In this document: positions 12,343 through 23,927 of the stretch, in pieces
How the letters are laid out: each line of letters begins with the position of its first letter
Position numbering within the stretch: position 1 is the stretch's first letter
Origin: Selaginella moellendorffii
Taxonomy: Eukaryota > Plantae > Lycopodiophyta
Length of the DNA stretch: 64,000 nt
Assembly (NCBI RefSeq): GCF_000143415.4
Contig: NW_003314308.1
Location: 1,282,654 to 1,346,653, forward strand
Direction: 5' to 3'
Translations under genes and position numbers: made by a program
The notes under the pieces: model-generated
The model's database searches: none
What the model saw: the letters and a program-made list of their open reading frames with translations, nothing else
Told to the model about the DNA's origin: nothing

Positions 12343-12504
12343 TTACAGCTCCAGCTTGAGCTCCTCGTTCTCCTTGGTGAGGAAATGGATGACATAGGGC
12401 AGAACCCTAATGACGCCCACCCAGATGCCGAACTGCGTCAGATGGCTGCGGAGCTGCCGGTGCGCCTCCGCCTTGTCGGGCAGCTGAATCTGTCCCAGAA
12501 ACAT
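12343..12504 (-). CDS. TOM6: Mitochondrial outer-membrane translocase subunit TOM6 (53 aa, intronless)
   Basis: Manual translation MFLGQIQLPDKAEAHRQLRSHLTQFGIWVGVIRVLPYVIHFLTKENEELKLEL* matches the plant TOM6 pattern (PDKAEA..QLR.H...FG.WV..IR..PY......ELKL). Telo-box-like motifs lie upstream. Below the ORF-track size cut-off. Confidence 0.93.
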   Translation of the reverse strand: MFLGQIQLPDKAEAHRQLRSHLTQFGIWVGVIRVLPYVIHFLTKENEELKLEL

Positions 12505-12539
12505 CCTGCCACGAGCGCGCGTTGCTGCCGCCCAACCAA

Positions 12540-12613
12540 GAACCCTAACACCAAAACTCTAGAGAACCCTAAAAACGCTTAAAGGCCAAGTACTTAAAAA
12601 GGGAAAACCCTAA
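12540..12613. promoter_or_regulatory. Telo-box cluster (AAACCCTAA-like) upstream of TOM6
   Basis: aaccctaa at ~12541, aaaccctaa at ~12565 and ~12605. Confidence 0.55.
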
Positions 12614-12671
12614 TAAAAAGGATGGAATTGTGCTGCTATTGGGATTAGACACTTAGTTGTTTTCCTTGCAG

Positions 12672-13948
12672 ATGTCACTTAGAGGGAAGAACCTACCCGA
12701 ATTGCCAATAGGACTCAGCCAACAATCCATAGCCATGCCAGTAGTGTCGCCTCCAACGTTGTGGTCACAATTTGAGCAAGAGATGACAGTCTTTGTGGGA
12801 TCCCTGGATGATACGCAGATATTCGACGAGAGTGCTACTGTTCATCCTCTTCCAGTGACAAAGTAGGAATCAGAGGTGCCACGTTTGGAGAGCATGGCAG
12901 CGGAGTTACGAATTCCACTTCTTTATGTAGCTGGTGGAAGTGGTCCATCATACTCATACACGGACCATGTAATCTTCGACTCAAGACTTCCTGAACCAGC
13001 TGGGAACCGGAAGAAGCTCTCTCGTCGTGTTTTTGGAGTTGAGTGGGCCATGGGAGTGGAAAATTTCGGGATGAGACTTGCGACTAGCTCTGGAGGACAA
13101 TCAACAGGGCTCAAAGCTTATCAAAGACATTCAACAACTGTTTGGTGACATGGTCATGGACGAAACACGTATCGGCTTTATCTCGAACTATTCACAGACT
13201 ATTTTCTTCCGGAGGATTGATGCAACCAGCAAGACATTGCAGTATTCACCTGTGATTCGTATGGATGGTGGTGCACCACTCGGAGCCTTTCTGTTTGTTC
13301 TTGTGGCAGCTCACAAGGACAGTGCCACCACAAAGCTCCATATGCAGCGGGAATTGGTGCCGTCGACTCCGGTTCGAGGTTCCTCGTTGAAGCTACCGAG
13401 GTGCAGCCACTATCAACGCTATGACATGTCAATAGTGGTTGCAGAAGAGAGGTTTCATGAGCTCTCTGCTCCAACCATAAATGAGCTTGGTTTGGCAGGT
13501 ATGCATTCAGAGTAGAGTCGAGTGATAGTTTTGATTTGTGTTCATTGTGTTGCAGGTATGGGGAAATATGGAAACGTTTTAGATCTTGTTTTGAAGACAT
13601 TCGATCTACGGGAGGAAGAAGCTATTAAAGCTTTCGTGCAAGAGGAAAGGGCATCCACGAGATCTATCCTCCGATGTTGGCCGTCTTCCTCACTGTAACG
13701 TTGTCTACTTGGCTCTGTCGGACGAGGGCTCAAGAAGGCTAGGTGATGTGGTCACAACAAGTTCTATGTCTTTGGAAGTAAGACACGGGCTACTTGAGAT
13801 TCAAGTTCTACATGGGGATCTACAATGTTCCCATGTTTTAATTTCGGATGGCAAGCCAAAGTTTCTGGACTTCGATCGTGCAATTTCCAATCCTTCACAT
13901 GAAATGATAGAAGAGCGCACAGTTGGAGGAGCTTCTAGTGGAAGTTAG
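12672..13948 (+). pseudogene. Decayed atypical protein-kinase-like gene with an N-terminal extra domain
   Basis: After intron 13499-13555: GMGKYGNV (Gly loop), LVLK, helix-C Glu, later VLHGDL and FLDFD. In-frame stop at 12864, frameshift at about 13085 and further breaks at about 13650-13710. Confidence 0.65.
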
Positions 13949-15153
13949 TTAAAAAATGAAGCTAGTTAAAGACTAGTGACTGTCAATCTATGTAAATCGT
14001 TTGTGAAGGTGACTATCATGACTTTATCATTTGCCTTTAGAAAACCTGGGGAAGGTTTAGTATTAAGATTCTTACATATACACTAATATAAACAGTATTT
14101 ACCATCTATGAGTAAATGTTGAGGGTTGAATTTGATTCATAAGCGTTCATCCTCACCATGAATTAAGCTGAGCTCTAGATGTGTGAGCAGCTCTAGGGTT
14201 TTCTCAATATTCTAGAGATATGATGGATAGATTAACAATTGTATTTAAACTTTGGCCTTTCCTTTTCAGTTCCTTGCTTGATGCTCATAACACAATCCCT
14301 GAAGAGCATTATCCACACCCACAACTCTTAAGCAAAGAATCAGAGCAATTTCAGTAGGAACTGGATAATATTTCTAGCCACCAGAACTTAATCTAGAGCC
14401 TTACCATGAAGGCACTTGCATTCGTGAGCATTATATATACTTTGTTACATAATGGACAAACTCTATGTGAGAGATTGCCATGCAAGTAAAGCTATAGTAA
14501 TTTTAAAAAATAAAGGAATATACTATAATACAATGTATTTTTAATATTCTTAATCAATTAATCAAGTAACATCTAAAAGGAAATAGTACCAGATTTAGGT
14601 TTAGGTTATTATATATATCTTCATTAGGAAAACTTTATTAGAAAATGAATATAAATATTAAAATCTAATATTTGTTAGTCATAAAAATAAGCAATGTGGT
14701 GTTAATTAACTTTTTATCAAGAAGGTTAGTAAGTGAAATTTAAGCTCAAATTGAGTAAATTATAGAAATATATATTTAAAATTGTGTTTATCAAGATGAG
14801 TTTTGATAGCATTAACATCTATTAAAAATTAAATTTTTTACCAAAATTTACCAAATATCTTATTGATATAAAATGGTATTTATAAATATTTAAGTTTAAG
14901 TAGTTTTATTCTCATTTTAAAAATATATTATATATAATAAAGATAATTATTATATATATTATTGTGAAAGTATTTATATTATTATCACATTTAGTATTTA
15001 TCACAAAGAGCAAAGGTCCTCAGCATACATATTATATACCTATATTATATTATAGTTTAAATAGTAAAATAACACAAATTTGTAAATTCTTTGAATTTTT
15101 TAAAATAATTTAAAAAAAAAATAGTATATTCAACATGTTTCTATAGTTTCTTA

Positions 15154-15156
<3 letters not shown>

Positions 15157-15214
<58 letters not shown>
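15157..15214. repeat. (TA)29 microsatellite within a very AT-rich block (~14450-15440)
   Basis: Read directly from the sequence. Confidence 0.95.
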
Positions 15215-15215
<1 letters not shown>

Positions 15216-16744
15216 CACTTCACACACCTATAAGTATTGAACTATTAAAAACCATGCAATATCTTTTATTAAAACTATTAAATGGTACGATTTTAGTGTT
15301 GCTCTAAACACACATTTATTTATAGTATTATTATTATTATATAATTTAATGAAATGGGATCCAAAATGATCTACTCCTGATGAATAACTCTTTTAGTACA
15401 CTACTAAAATAAATGATTTAAAATGATTTATTTTAAAAGAAGGGATTCAGAAGATTAGCATGAGTCTGAATCCCTCTGTGGATGTGGATCATCAAGCTTA
15501 AGTTTTTGTTTTCCTATTTTAATTTTGAAAGATTAGATGCACTCTTGGTGTGTGGGTCACCCATTCTCTCCGTGATCCCAATTTCAGGGAGCATGTATCC
15601 TAATATAGCGCTGACTTCTACTTTATCTCTCTAGATGAACGTGGTCGAAATCGGCTGAAGGTTCACTGCATCTGGACGGTCGAAACAAGCCGAGAAAAAT
15701 CCAGTTGAGGTGAACACTATGACAACATAGAAAAAACACAGAAGGCCACTGGAAGAGAAGCTTCCTTTGTTTTTAACACGTTAGATAGATTTGGGCCAGC
15801 TCAAAGCACGATAAGCATGTAAAGAAAAAATAAAAATCGTTCTCAAACCAAACCATGACACGGTACGTCCAGCGCAATTTCGTACGTGTACGACACGGAG
15901 TGGCCCTTGGACGCATCCAAGAGCCACTCCAAGACATGCATGAGCATCGTTTAGTTTAAGTACTTCGCATATCCGGGCCAAGTTATGCACATATGCTTTG
16001 GCTAAACTAACTAATCACCCAAGTTTAGCAAGTTCTCTTTGACGCCCATGAAACATTGCTTTCTTTATATAGTGACGCGGCTACTCGACCGAGCAGGGCC
16101 TTGATCCCAAAACACGTGTCGGTCACTAGAAACTGGCTGCATGTACGGTACTCCGTCTGTGGTGGTGGTGAGCCGGTCCGTGACCAGTAGTGGACCTAAG
16201 CAAGTCTCTCGTGATTTAGATAAAGCCGGTCAGCTAGCCGGTGTGCTCATCTTGGCCATTGGGGGTGTTTTAATCGTTGATTAGCGGCTGGGATTGGGTG
16301 GAGCGTCTATGCTTTGGCTGCACGTCATCGGGTAATAACCAACAGTAACAATGTGACCACGCTGCACTGTTGCAGCCGTTGGATGGGTCGCTCATCGACG
16401 GCCGCGTGCTGGAAGCTTGGATAGGAGAGGGGGGTCGCTCTCTCTATATTTCGCTGCGGGCTGGCATTTCTAGATCCGTGGCTAGGGCTTTGGATCGCTG
16501 CGAGGGAGCTGAAACGTCGCGCAAGGTTTCTTTCTCGCTGTGGCAGCCTTTCCGCGGCGATCGGATGTGTTTTTGATGCACTTCTTGGTGCTAGGGCGGC
16601 AGCGATCGCCAATGCGATTCTTTTGATCGATCGAGCATGCCCGCGATAATGCGAGCTGACGGCCTGCCATTGTTTCTTCTTTTTAGAGTCTGGGAGACAT
16701 AGTGGGATCGCGGCAGGCAGCGCTCGAAATTTCAATCGGGGGCC

Positions 16745-19373
16745 ATGACCTCGTCGCAAGAGTTCTTGGAGGAGGAGGCGGTGGCGGTGGAGGGAAATAT
16801 CCAGGAGGAGCTGCGCCACCGGTCTCACGGTAGCGGCGGGGGAGAGGAAGCTTTTTCACTGCATCGGGCCACAAAGGCCGAGGTGTGCCAGGAGATTGTC
16901 AAGCGGCTCCAGGCGCAGAATCACGAGGCTTTGGAGGATCCCGGATTTCTGGAAGAGCTACAGGCACATTTCAATCGCTTGCCGACGAGGTGAGATCTGT
17001 CTTGGAATGCTGGACTGTGGTGACACCGGCTTGGAACCGGGATGAATTGGTGGTGATCCAGGTATGCGTTGGATGTCAACACGGAGAGGGCTGAGGACGT
17101 GCTCATGCACAAGCGATTGCTGCAGCTCGCGGAGAATCCCGACATCAGGCCCGTCTTTCACGTCCGGATCGTCCAAGTAAGTGCGTGCCTTTCGTTTCGA
17201 GCAGATTCGAATGCGCTCGCTCCCATTCTCCGATACTTATGCTGCGAAAACAATACCTGACCATACTAGGTCCAGCAGCGCTTGGACGAATCAGTACCAG
17301 GAGACCAGTGCATGCCCGTGCCTGAAACTCAGCTGTAAGTCTCAGGCTCAGCTACCTATTGCTTCCAAGTCTTAACTAACGATGATGTTGTCTTGTTTCA
17401 ATCTTTTTTTCTTCCTTCCGTAGTGTACATCCACCTCCTGCATTTGGTTCTTCTCCTAACCTCGAAGCTTTAGTCCTCGATCTGAATAAGCCTTCATCTG
17501 ATGAAGATCGAGAGAGTCATGCGGATAATTCCCCAAGGTACGATTACGCTTTACATATATCCATCCATCCGCAAAGCAACGGATGTTTCTTGTGCTCAGC
17601 CGTGGACTCGCTCAGATCTTTATGCACGAAGTGACGATATCAACTATAGATAAACCCAAGCTTTTAAGCCAGGTAATAGTTTTTGTCCAACCGCCAGTTC
17701 AGTAGTCAAGTTTATCTTTCATTCTCTATTGGCAGCTATCGGCTTGGCTTGCCGACGTTGGATTGAATATCCAAGAAGCGCACGCTTTCTCCACTAGAGA
17801 TGGGTTTTCTCTCGATGTCTTCGTAGTGGACGGCTGGTCATGTGAGGTATGTATCCTTGCGTAGTTGATTTTTATCCAGTGAGATTGCCTATCAGGATAC
17901 GGATGGCCTACAGTTGGCAATGGAGCGAGCATTGGCTGGCATTGAGGTACTCACTCGTCTCAATTTTCTAGATACTAAGACATTTTCGCTGTTGCAGAAA
18001 GAGGCGTGGACCAAGCCGAAATCTCCCACCAAAAGTCTTTCAAATGGCCGCAGGCACGGTCATGTAAAGATTCCTTTTGATGGCAAGGATGATTGGGAGA
18101 TCGATAGTGAGCAGTTGAAACTGCTGCATAAGGTGGCTTCTGGCTCCTTCGGTGATCTGTAAGATTTTTTCTTGTCGTTTTGTTTTCTTTCCTTGCACTT
18201 CAACTTTTTTTTCTTTTTTCAGTTTCCGAGGAGTGTACTGCGGGCAAGATGTTGCAATTAAAGTGTTGAAACCCGAGCGTTTGAACGAAGATTTACAAAA
18301 GGAATTTGCTCAAGAAGTCTTCATCATGCGGTAACCGCTATAGCATTTCGTAACATTGTAAATTGATCCTTATTCTTCCAGGAAAGTGCGCCACAAAAAC
18401 GTTGTGCAGTTTATAGGAGCATGCACTAAGCCGCCGAACTTATCTATAGTCACTGGTCTGCAAGCTGTCTCTGTCGAGATTATCGATTTGACTTTGTCCT
18501 TGCAGAGTACATGTCCGGTGGAAGTGTTTACGATTATTTGCACAAGCATCGATCCGTTTTAAAACTACCGATGGCACTCAGAGTGGCTATTGACGTGTCA
18601 AAAGGAATGGATTATCTGCACCAGAACAACATAGTTCACCGGGATTTGAAAGCGGCAAACTTGTTAATGGACGAGAACGAGGTAGAGTGTAGACTTAGCT
18701 AACCTAGATGTTCATATTGTTGACGTGGCTGTCACGTAGGTTGTCAAAGTAGCTGATTTTGGAGTTGCAAGAGTGAAGGACCACACTGGTGTGATGACTG
18801 CTGAAACGGGAACTTATCGTTGGATGGCACCAGAGGTAATTGTCAGCCATGATCTGCATGCATTATAACGGAAGGCCGCATTTGCAGGTTATCGAGCATA
18901 AGCCATATGACCACAAGGCTGACATCTTTAGTTTTGGCGTAGTTTTATGGGAGCTTTTGACGGGCAAGGTACATGATTTGTCATATCAATTCTTTCTTAA
19001 TACGAAGGCCTTTTGTTGCAGCTGCCTTACGACTATCTCACACCGTTACAAGCGGCTGTTGCAGTCGTTCAGAAGGTAATATTGACAGAACTTCTGCTAC
19101 TTGACAGAACGCTTAAAATTCCAGGGGCTTCGACCTGTTATTCCGAAAAACACTCATCCCAAGCTTGCTGAATTGATGGAGAAATGCTGGCAATCAAACG
19201 CTGCAGAGAGGCCGGAGTTTTCAATAATTACTCTAGTTTTGCAAGACGTGTATAAAGAGGTAATTTCCTTCTTGAGTCGCGTAGTGCTCACGGAGTATTC
19301 CCAGATTGGAGAGGAAGAAAGCGAGAAGAAGAAAAAGTCTGGAATCTTTTCAGCTTTCCGGCGGAACCTGTGA
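16745..19373 (+). CDS. ACT-domain Raf-like Ser/Thr/Tyr kinase (STY8/STY17/STY46 family), multi-exon
   Basis: [28 protein letters not shown]; [15 protein letters not shown]; ACT domain [20 protein letters not shown]...[25 protein letters not shown]; kinase [44 protein letters not shown]. Confidence 0.95.
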
Positions 19374-19678
19374 CCATTCATTGACATGTACATGGTGATC
19401 CAATTTTGCTACTGAGGAGAGGAATTGGCCCCTGCGGATTAGCTTACATGGTTGGCTGACCAATAAGCCAGAGGTACAGGCTCACTGCTGGCGATACTTT
19501 TTGGCGCAGTGTTTACTCACAGGTTATAGAACTCCAAAGAAGAATGAGTGGCTGGTTCCAAGACTGTTCGTAGAGGTTGGAAGCACGTAGGATGGTTTCG
19601 TGGCTCGTCACGGTAGACAACAGTGTAGTTATTTCAACGTTAACTCCAGGGACTGAGTTCCAGGAAAGCTGGAAGTCT

Positions 19679-21427
19679 CTAGTCTGGTTCCAAGGTCCCT
19701 GGAGCTTGCAATTGGCGGCCCGAGAAGAACCAGAGGTTGGACAGCACGATGTAGGATGTGGCATCACTCACGTCCATCTCCAAGAGGCGTCCGGCCAGCG
19801 ACGCCCCCTTCTGGAGATTACTGTGACTTCCACAGGCGCCCAGCAAGCACTTCCACTCCAAGGCGTCCGGTTCGAGTGGCATGCTCCAGGCCAGCTCGTA
19901 AGCACTGTCCGAGAACCCGGCTCGGCCCAAGAGCGTGATCACACAGCAGTAGTGGTGCTTGATTGGGCGCATCCCAAAGTCAGCTCTCATGGACTGGACG
20001 CAGCACCTTCCAGCGTACAAATCTCCGGAATGGCAGAAAGCCAGCATGGCCGAGGCAAAGCAAGCATCGTCGACAGTGTGGATGAGCTTCATCGAGTGGA
20101 AGAGATCCAAGGCCTCGGCTGGCTGTCCGTTTCGAGCGTAGCCAGCGAGCATGGAGCTCCAGGAGATCAGATCTGGCGAGAGAGTTCTGTCCAGGATTAG
20201 TCTGGCCGCAGTGGTGTTCCCCGCTGCGACGTGCATGGCTAGCAGCGAAGTCCACGAGAGAACGTCCCGGTGTGGCATGAGGTTGAAGAGCTTGATGGCG
20301 TCCTCCGCGAGACCGGACTGGCAGTAGGCCGAGAGCATGGCATTCCAGGCAACCAGGTTCCGCTGCGGCACCGAATCGAAGACAAACTTGGCCTGCTCGA
20401 TCTGTCCAGTCTGAGCGAAAGCCGCCACCATTGTCGTCGCGGAGACGAGGTTTATCTCCGGGATGCTCGAGAAGAGATCCACAGCCTCGTGGACGTGATC
20501 GTTCTGCGAGTAGGCCGCGAGCATGGCGTTGAGGGAGACGAGGTTGATCCTTGGGAGCCTTCCAAACAGCGCTCTGGCCTCAGCGACTCTCCGGCTTCGA
20601 GCATACGCCGCCAGCATCGCGTTGCAGGAGACCATATCCTTTTGCGGCATCGCAGCAAAGAAATCGATGGCTTCTTCCAGGAATCCGTTCTGGGCGTATC
20701 CAGCGAGCATGGCGTTGCAGCACACGACGTCCACCTCTTCCAGGGACGCAATCAGGCGTCGAGCTTCGGTGATATGCCCGGTCCGGGCATAGGCAGTGAG
20801 CATGGCGGTGGTGGAGATCAAGTTCCTCTCGGGCATGGCCTTGAACAACCGCCGGCACTCGTCGAGAGATCCGTCCTGTGCACACGCCGAGAGGAGCGCA
20901 TTCCACGACACAATATTCTGGCAAGGCATTCGAGCAAAGAGCTCCCTGGCCGCCTCCAAGTCGCCGTTGTGGGACGAAGCCGATAGGATGGCGTTCCAGG
21001 AAGCCATGTCCCACTCGGGCATCTCCCCAAAGAAACGTCTCGACTCCTGGAGATCGCCGTTCTTCCCGAAGGCCGAGAGCATCGAGTTCCACACCACCTG
21101 ACTGCGCAGCGGGATCTCGTCGAACACCACCTTGGCTTCCAGCAGCTGCCCGTTCTGGGCATACGCCGCCAGCATCGTCGTCCAGGAAACCAAGTCCTTG
21201 GCCGGCATTCGATCAAACAGGAGCTTGGTTTCGGGCAACTTCCTGTTCACCGAGTACGCAAAGATCATGGAGTTCCAGCTGAAACTATCCCTGTGAATCC
21301 CCATGGAGTCAAACACCTGCCGTGCTTTCTTCACCAGCCCGGAGCTCCCATACATCTGGATCAATCTGTTCGACACGAGAACCGCCTCGTCCTCCATCTC
21401 AAACCCAAAACTGGTGCAGTGATCCAT
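19679..21427 (-). CDS. PLS-class PPR protein with E domain, mostly 31-aa motifs, no DYW
   Basis: Intronless run of repeats such as DLVSWTTMLAAYAQNGQLLEAKVVFDEIPLR. C-terminal HYCCVITLLGRAG, WKCLLGAC, SYIVLSNL. Start is uncertain: ATG 21427 chosen, but the frame is open to ATG 21583. Confidence 0.92.
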   Translation of the reverse strand: MDHCTSFGFEMEDEAVLVSNRLIQMYGSSGLVKKARQVFDSMGIHRDSFSWNSMIFAYSVNRKLPETKLLFDRMPAKDLVSWTTMLAAYAQNGQLLEAKVVFDEIPLRSQVVWNSMLSAFGKNGDLQESRRFFGEMPEWDMASWNAILSASSHNGDLEAARELFARMPCQNIVSWNALLSACAQDGSLDECRRLFKAMPERNLISTTAMLTAYARTGHITEARRLIASLEEVDVVCCNAMLAGYAQNGFLEEAIDFFAAMPQKDMVSCNAMLAAYARSRRVAEARALFGRLPRINLVSLNAMLAAYSQNDHVHEAVDLFSSIPEINLVSATTMVAAFAQTGQIEQAKFVFDSVPQRNLVAWNAMLSAYCQSGLAEDAIKLFNLMPHRDVLSWTSLLAMHVAAGNTTAARLILDRTLSPDLISWSSMLAGYARNGQPAEALDLFHSMKLIHTVDDACFASAMLAFCHSGDLYAGRCCVQSMRADFGMRPIKHHYCCVITLLGRAGFSDSAYELAWSMPLEPDALEWKCLLGACGSHSNLQKGASLAGRLLEMDVSDATSYIVLSNLWFFSGRQLQAPGTLEPD

Positions 21428-21450
21428 GGCTGCGAACTCTTGGCTCTTGT

Positions 21451-22492
21451 CTAGAGGAAGACGTACGAGTTGTAGTCGTAGTCTCTCTTCAGGTTCATGA
21501 GCGTGCTCACGCCTTCGTGGTGGCAGACGTGAGTGTAGAACTGCTTCTTGTTCCGCGGTGGCGGCAGCGGCGTGAAGGGCCATTGGTGCTCGTTCTTGTA
21601 CCTCGTCTTGATGCCACCCAGCGGCCGCTTGAACTCGTCAAAGTGCTCGTCTTTGTCGAAGGTGGTGGCGAACTGGTTGTACTTGGTGCTTTTGCGCTTG
21701 CCTCTCACGGTTGGCCTTCTCTGCAAATGCTTGCCAGGAACGATGGAGTAGAACTGCACAGAGAAACGATCAAAGCTTGCAATCAAAGACAAGCTAGAGT
21801 GTTACCCGCTGAGGAACTTTGCCCTCGTATTCCCTGAAAGGAGGAACCCATTCGGGCTGGTGCGTGTAGCGAGCCGGCTTCTTCGTCGAGCGCCAGTCCT
21901 CCTGGAGCGAGGCGTCGAGGTACCAGTCCTCGAAAATGGATGGCCTGTGTCGCGTCGACCTCCACTTATCGTCGCCCTTGCTCTCGTCGACGTGCTTTAC
22001 AGCGTGCTTGCTCGACCTCCATGGATCGGATCGGTTATCAGGCGGGCCTGGAACTTTCTTCACGCAAGGCCGGAATGGCTTCTCGCTGCGCGAGCCACTT
22101 CCAGGATCAATGTAGCGGTGGCAAGGCCTCCACTGTGATAGAACACACACAGTGAGTGAGTGAGAACTTGCAAATAAACATAGAGCAAATGGTTTCGTTA
22201 CCCCGTCTGGATTTCGATCGATCAGCCGCTGGTCCAGCGTCGATTCTCCAGCGCCAGGGACAGCAGTCCTTGCGGATCGATGTGGTGCCTCATAGCCCAC
22301 GTCTGGATTGATGTATCTTAAGTTTGGACGAAACTGCGAAGAACAAAGGAACGCTTACCTTCTGGAGCAGTGCCTAGGAGAGATTTCGGATCTTACCGGA
22401 GGCTCCTGCGATGGGAACCTCTCGTAATATCCCGAGACGGTAGGGGCCGAGGCACATCGCTCCCGGTGGTAGCGACGGAAATCTCTTCCCAT
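21451..22492 (-). CDS. Uncharacterised basic, Pro/aromatic-rich protein (~290 aa, 4 exons) with short internal repeats
   Basis: Exons join in frame through GT-AG introns (first intron 22317-22358): MGRDFRRYHRERCASAP...RYINPD...WRPCHRYIDP...FYSIVPGKHL...YNSYVFL*. No domain recognised. Confidence 0.7.
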
Positions 22493-22816
22493 AGTCTTTG
22501 CGCTGCATTCCAAGAACTATCAAATCGATGCTCCTAGCTCGATCTGGATCGATAGAAATCGCCATACCTGGATGAAGGAGGAGCTTGGGATCGCAATGGA
22601 GCACTGCGACCTAGCTCAAGGCTATCTAGAGACGCGACCACTGAGATTTCCCACTCAAAAGATCTAAACTTCACGCCAACGGCTGGGATTCCCCATCGCC
22701 TGTCCCCTTCCGCGGCGGAATGGCTAGGGCATATGGGTTATAAGGCGGCAGTGGAGAAAAATAGGTCCCATTTGATTCTTTGTTCCAGGGTTGGGGTTGG
22801 AGAGCGCCGCGCCCAA

Positions 22817-23522
22817 ATGTCTACGCCATCAAGGAAGCGCTTGATGCGAGACTTCAAGCGCCTCCAACACGATCCTCCCGCGGGAATCAGCGGCGCGCCG
22901 CAGGACAACAACATCATGCTCTGGAACGCGGTGATCTTCGGGTAGGAATGTAGCCGCTCGACACTAGGGTATCGATCTAACTCTTGGTTTCGTGTTGCAG
23001 GCCGGATGACACTCCCTGGGATGGAGGTGAGGTTTTAGAGCTTTTGGATTTTTCCGTGTGTTTTGCTTGCTAAGCTTGAGCTTTTGGTGGCACTGTACAG
23101 GGACGTTTAAGCTGACATTGCAATTCACAGAGGACTATCCCAACAAACCTCCCACCGTGAGGTTTGTTTCCAAGATGTTCCATCCCAATAGTGAGTCCCT
23201 TTCTTCTTTCTTTAATTTTCTTTTTTTCTTACTCATCTTTTTGCAGTTTATGCTGATGGAAGTATTTGCCTCGACATACTGCAAAATCAATGGAGTCCGA
23301 TCTACGATGTTGCGGCAATTCTTACGTCCATACAGGTTTGGTTTTTTTTCTCGCCTTTGTTGGAATAGACTTTCTTACACTTATCCATCGCAGTCACTGC
23401 TTTGTGATCCTAACCCAAACTCGCCGGCAAACTCCGAAGCAGCACGGATGTATAGCGAGAACCGTCGAGAGTACAACCGGAGAGTCCGCGACATTGTGGA
23501 GCAGAGCTGGACGGCGGAATAG
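22817..23522 (+). CDS. UBC2: RAD6-class ubiquitin-conjugating enzyme E2 (UBC1/UBC2), 5 exons
   Basis: [51 protein letters not shown]...HPN...[19 protein letters not shown]...[23 protein letters not shown]. Confidence 0.97.
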
Positions 23523-23927
23523 CCTGGATTTGTGGGGTAAGGCAGCATTTATGAGTGATCTTTTGCAATATATTTGTTGCATTGGCTAGCTCAAATGGGA
23601 TCGCAGCACTTGCTTGAGTATGTATATGTATATACTACGTAGCGTGGAATGAATGTGGAGGAAGTTTTATTGCAAACTCTCACGAGTCTTTGCGTTGAGT
23701 CTTTGTGTGTCTGTCTTCTGTGTATGCCTCTTTGCTTAGCAATAACTCTTTGGATGTCATACAAAGTCTTGTTTTCCAGGTCTGAGAAACACGTATGGCT
23801 GGCCGTCACAGGTAATCTGTGTATCCTTTAGTACTCAAGATTGATGGTGGCTTTATTCAGTGAAATGTGTGCTGCTCCAGACACGCATAAAGAATGAAAA
23901 AGCAATCCGGAAAAAACTTTGGCTTGT

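Noticed and set aside
15449-15462. 14-nt match to U6 snRNA (AGAAGATTAGCATG)
   Set aside because: The flanks do not continue the U6 sequence (no ACAGAG box, no GCCCCTGCGCAAGG); treated as chance.
19577-21837. Long plus-strand ORFs opposite the PPR, and similar ones opposite ABCF1, the PMEs, GlyRS and the ERECTA kinase
   Set aside because: Antisense shadows of GC3-rich coding sequence with no independent motifs.
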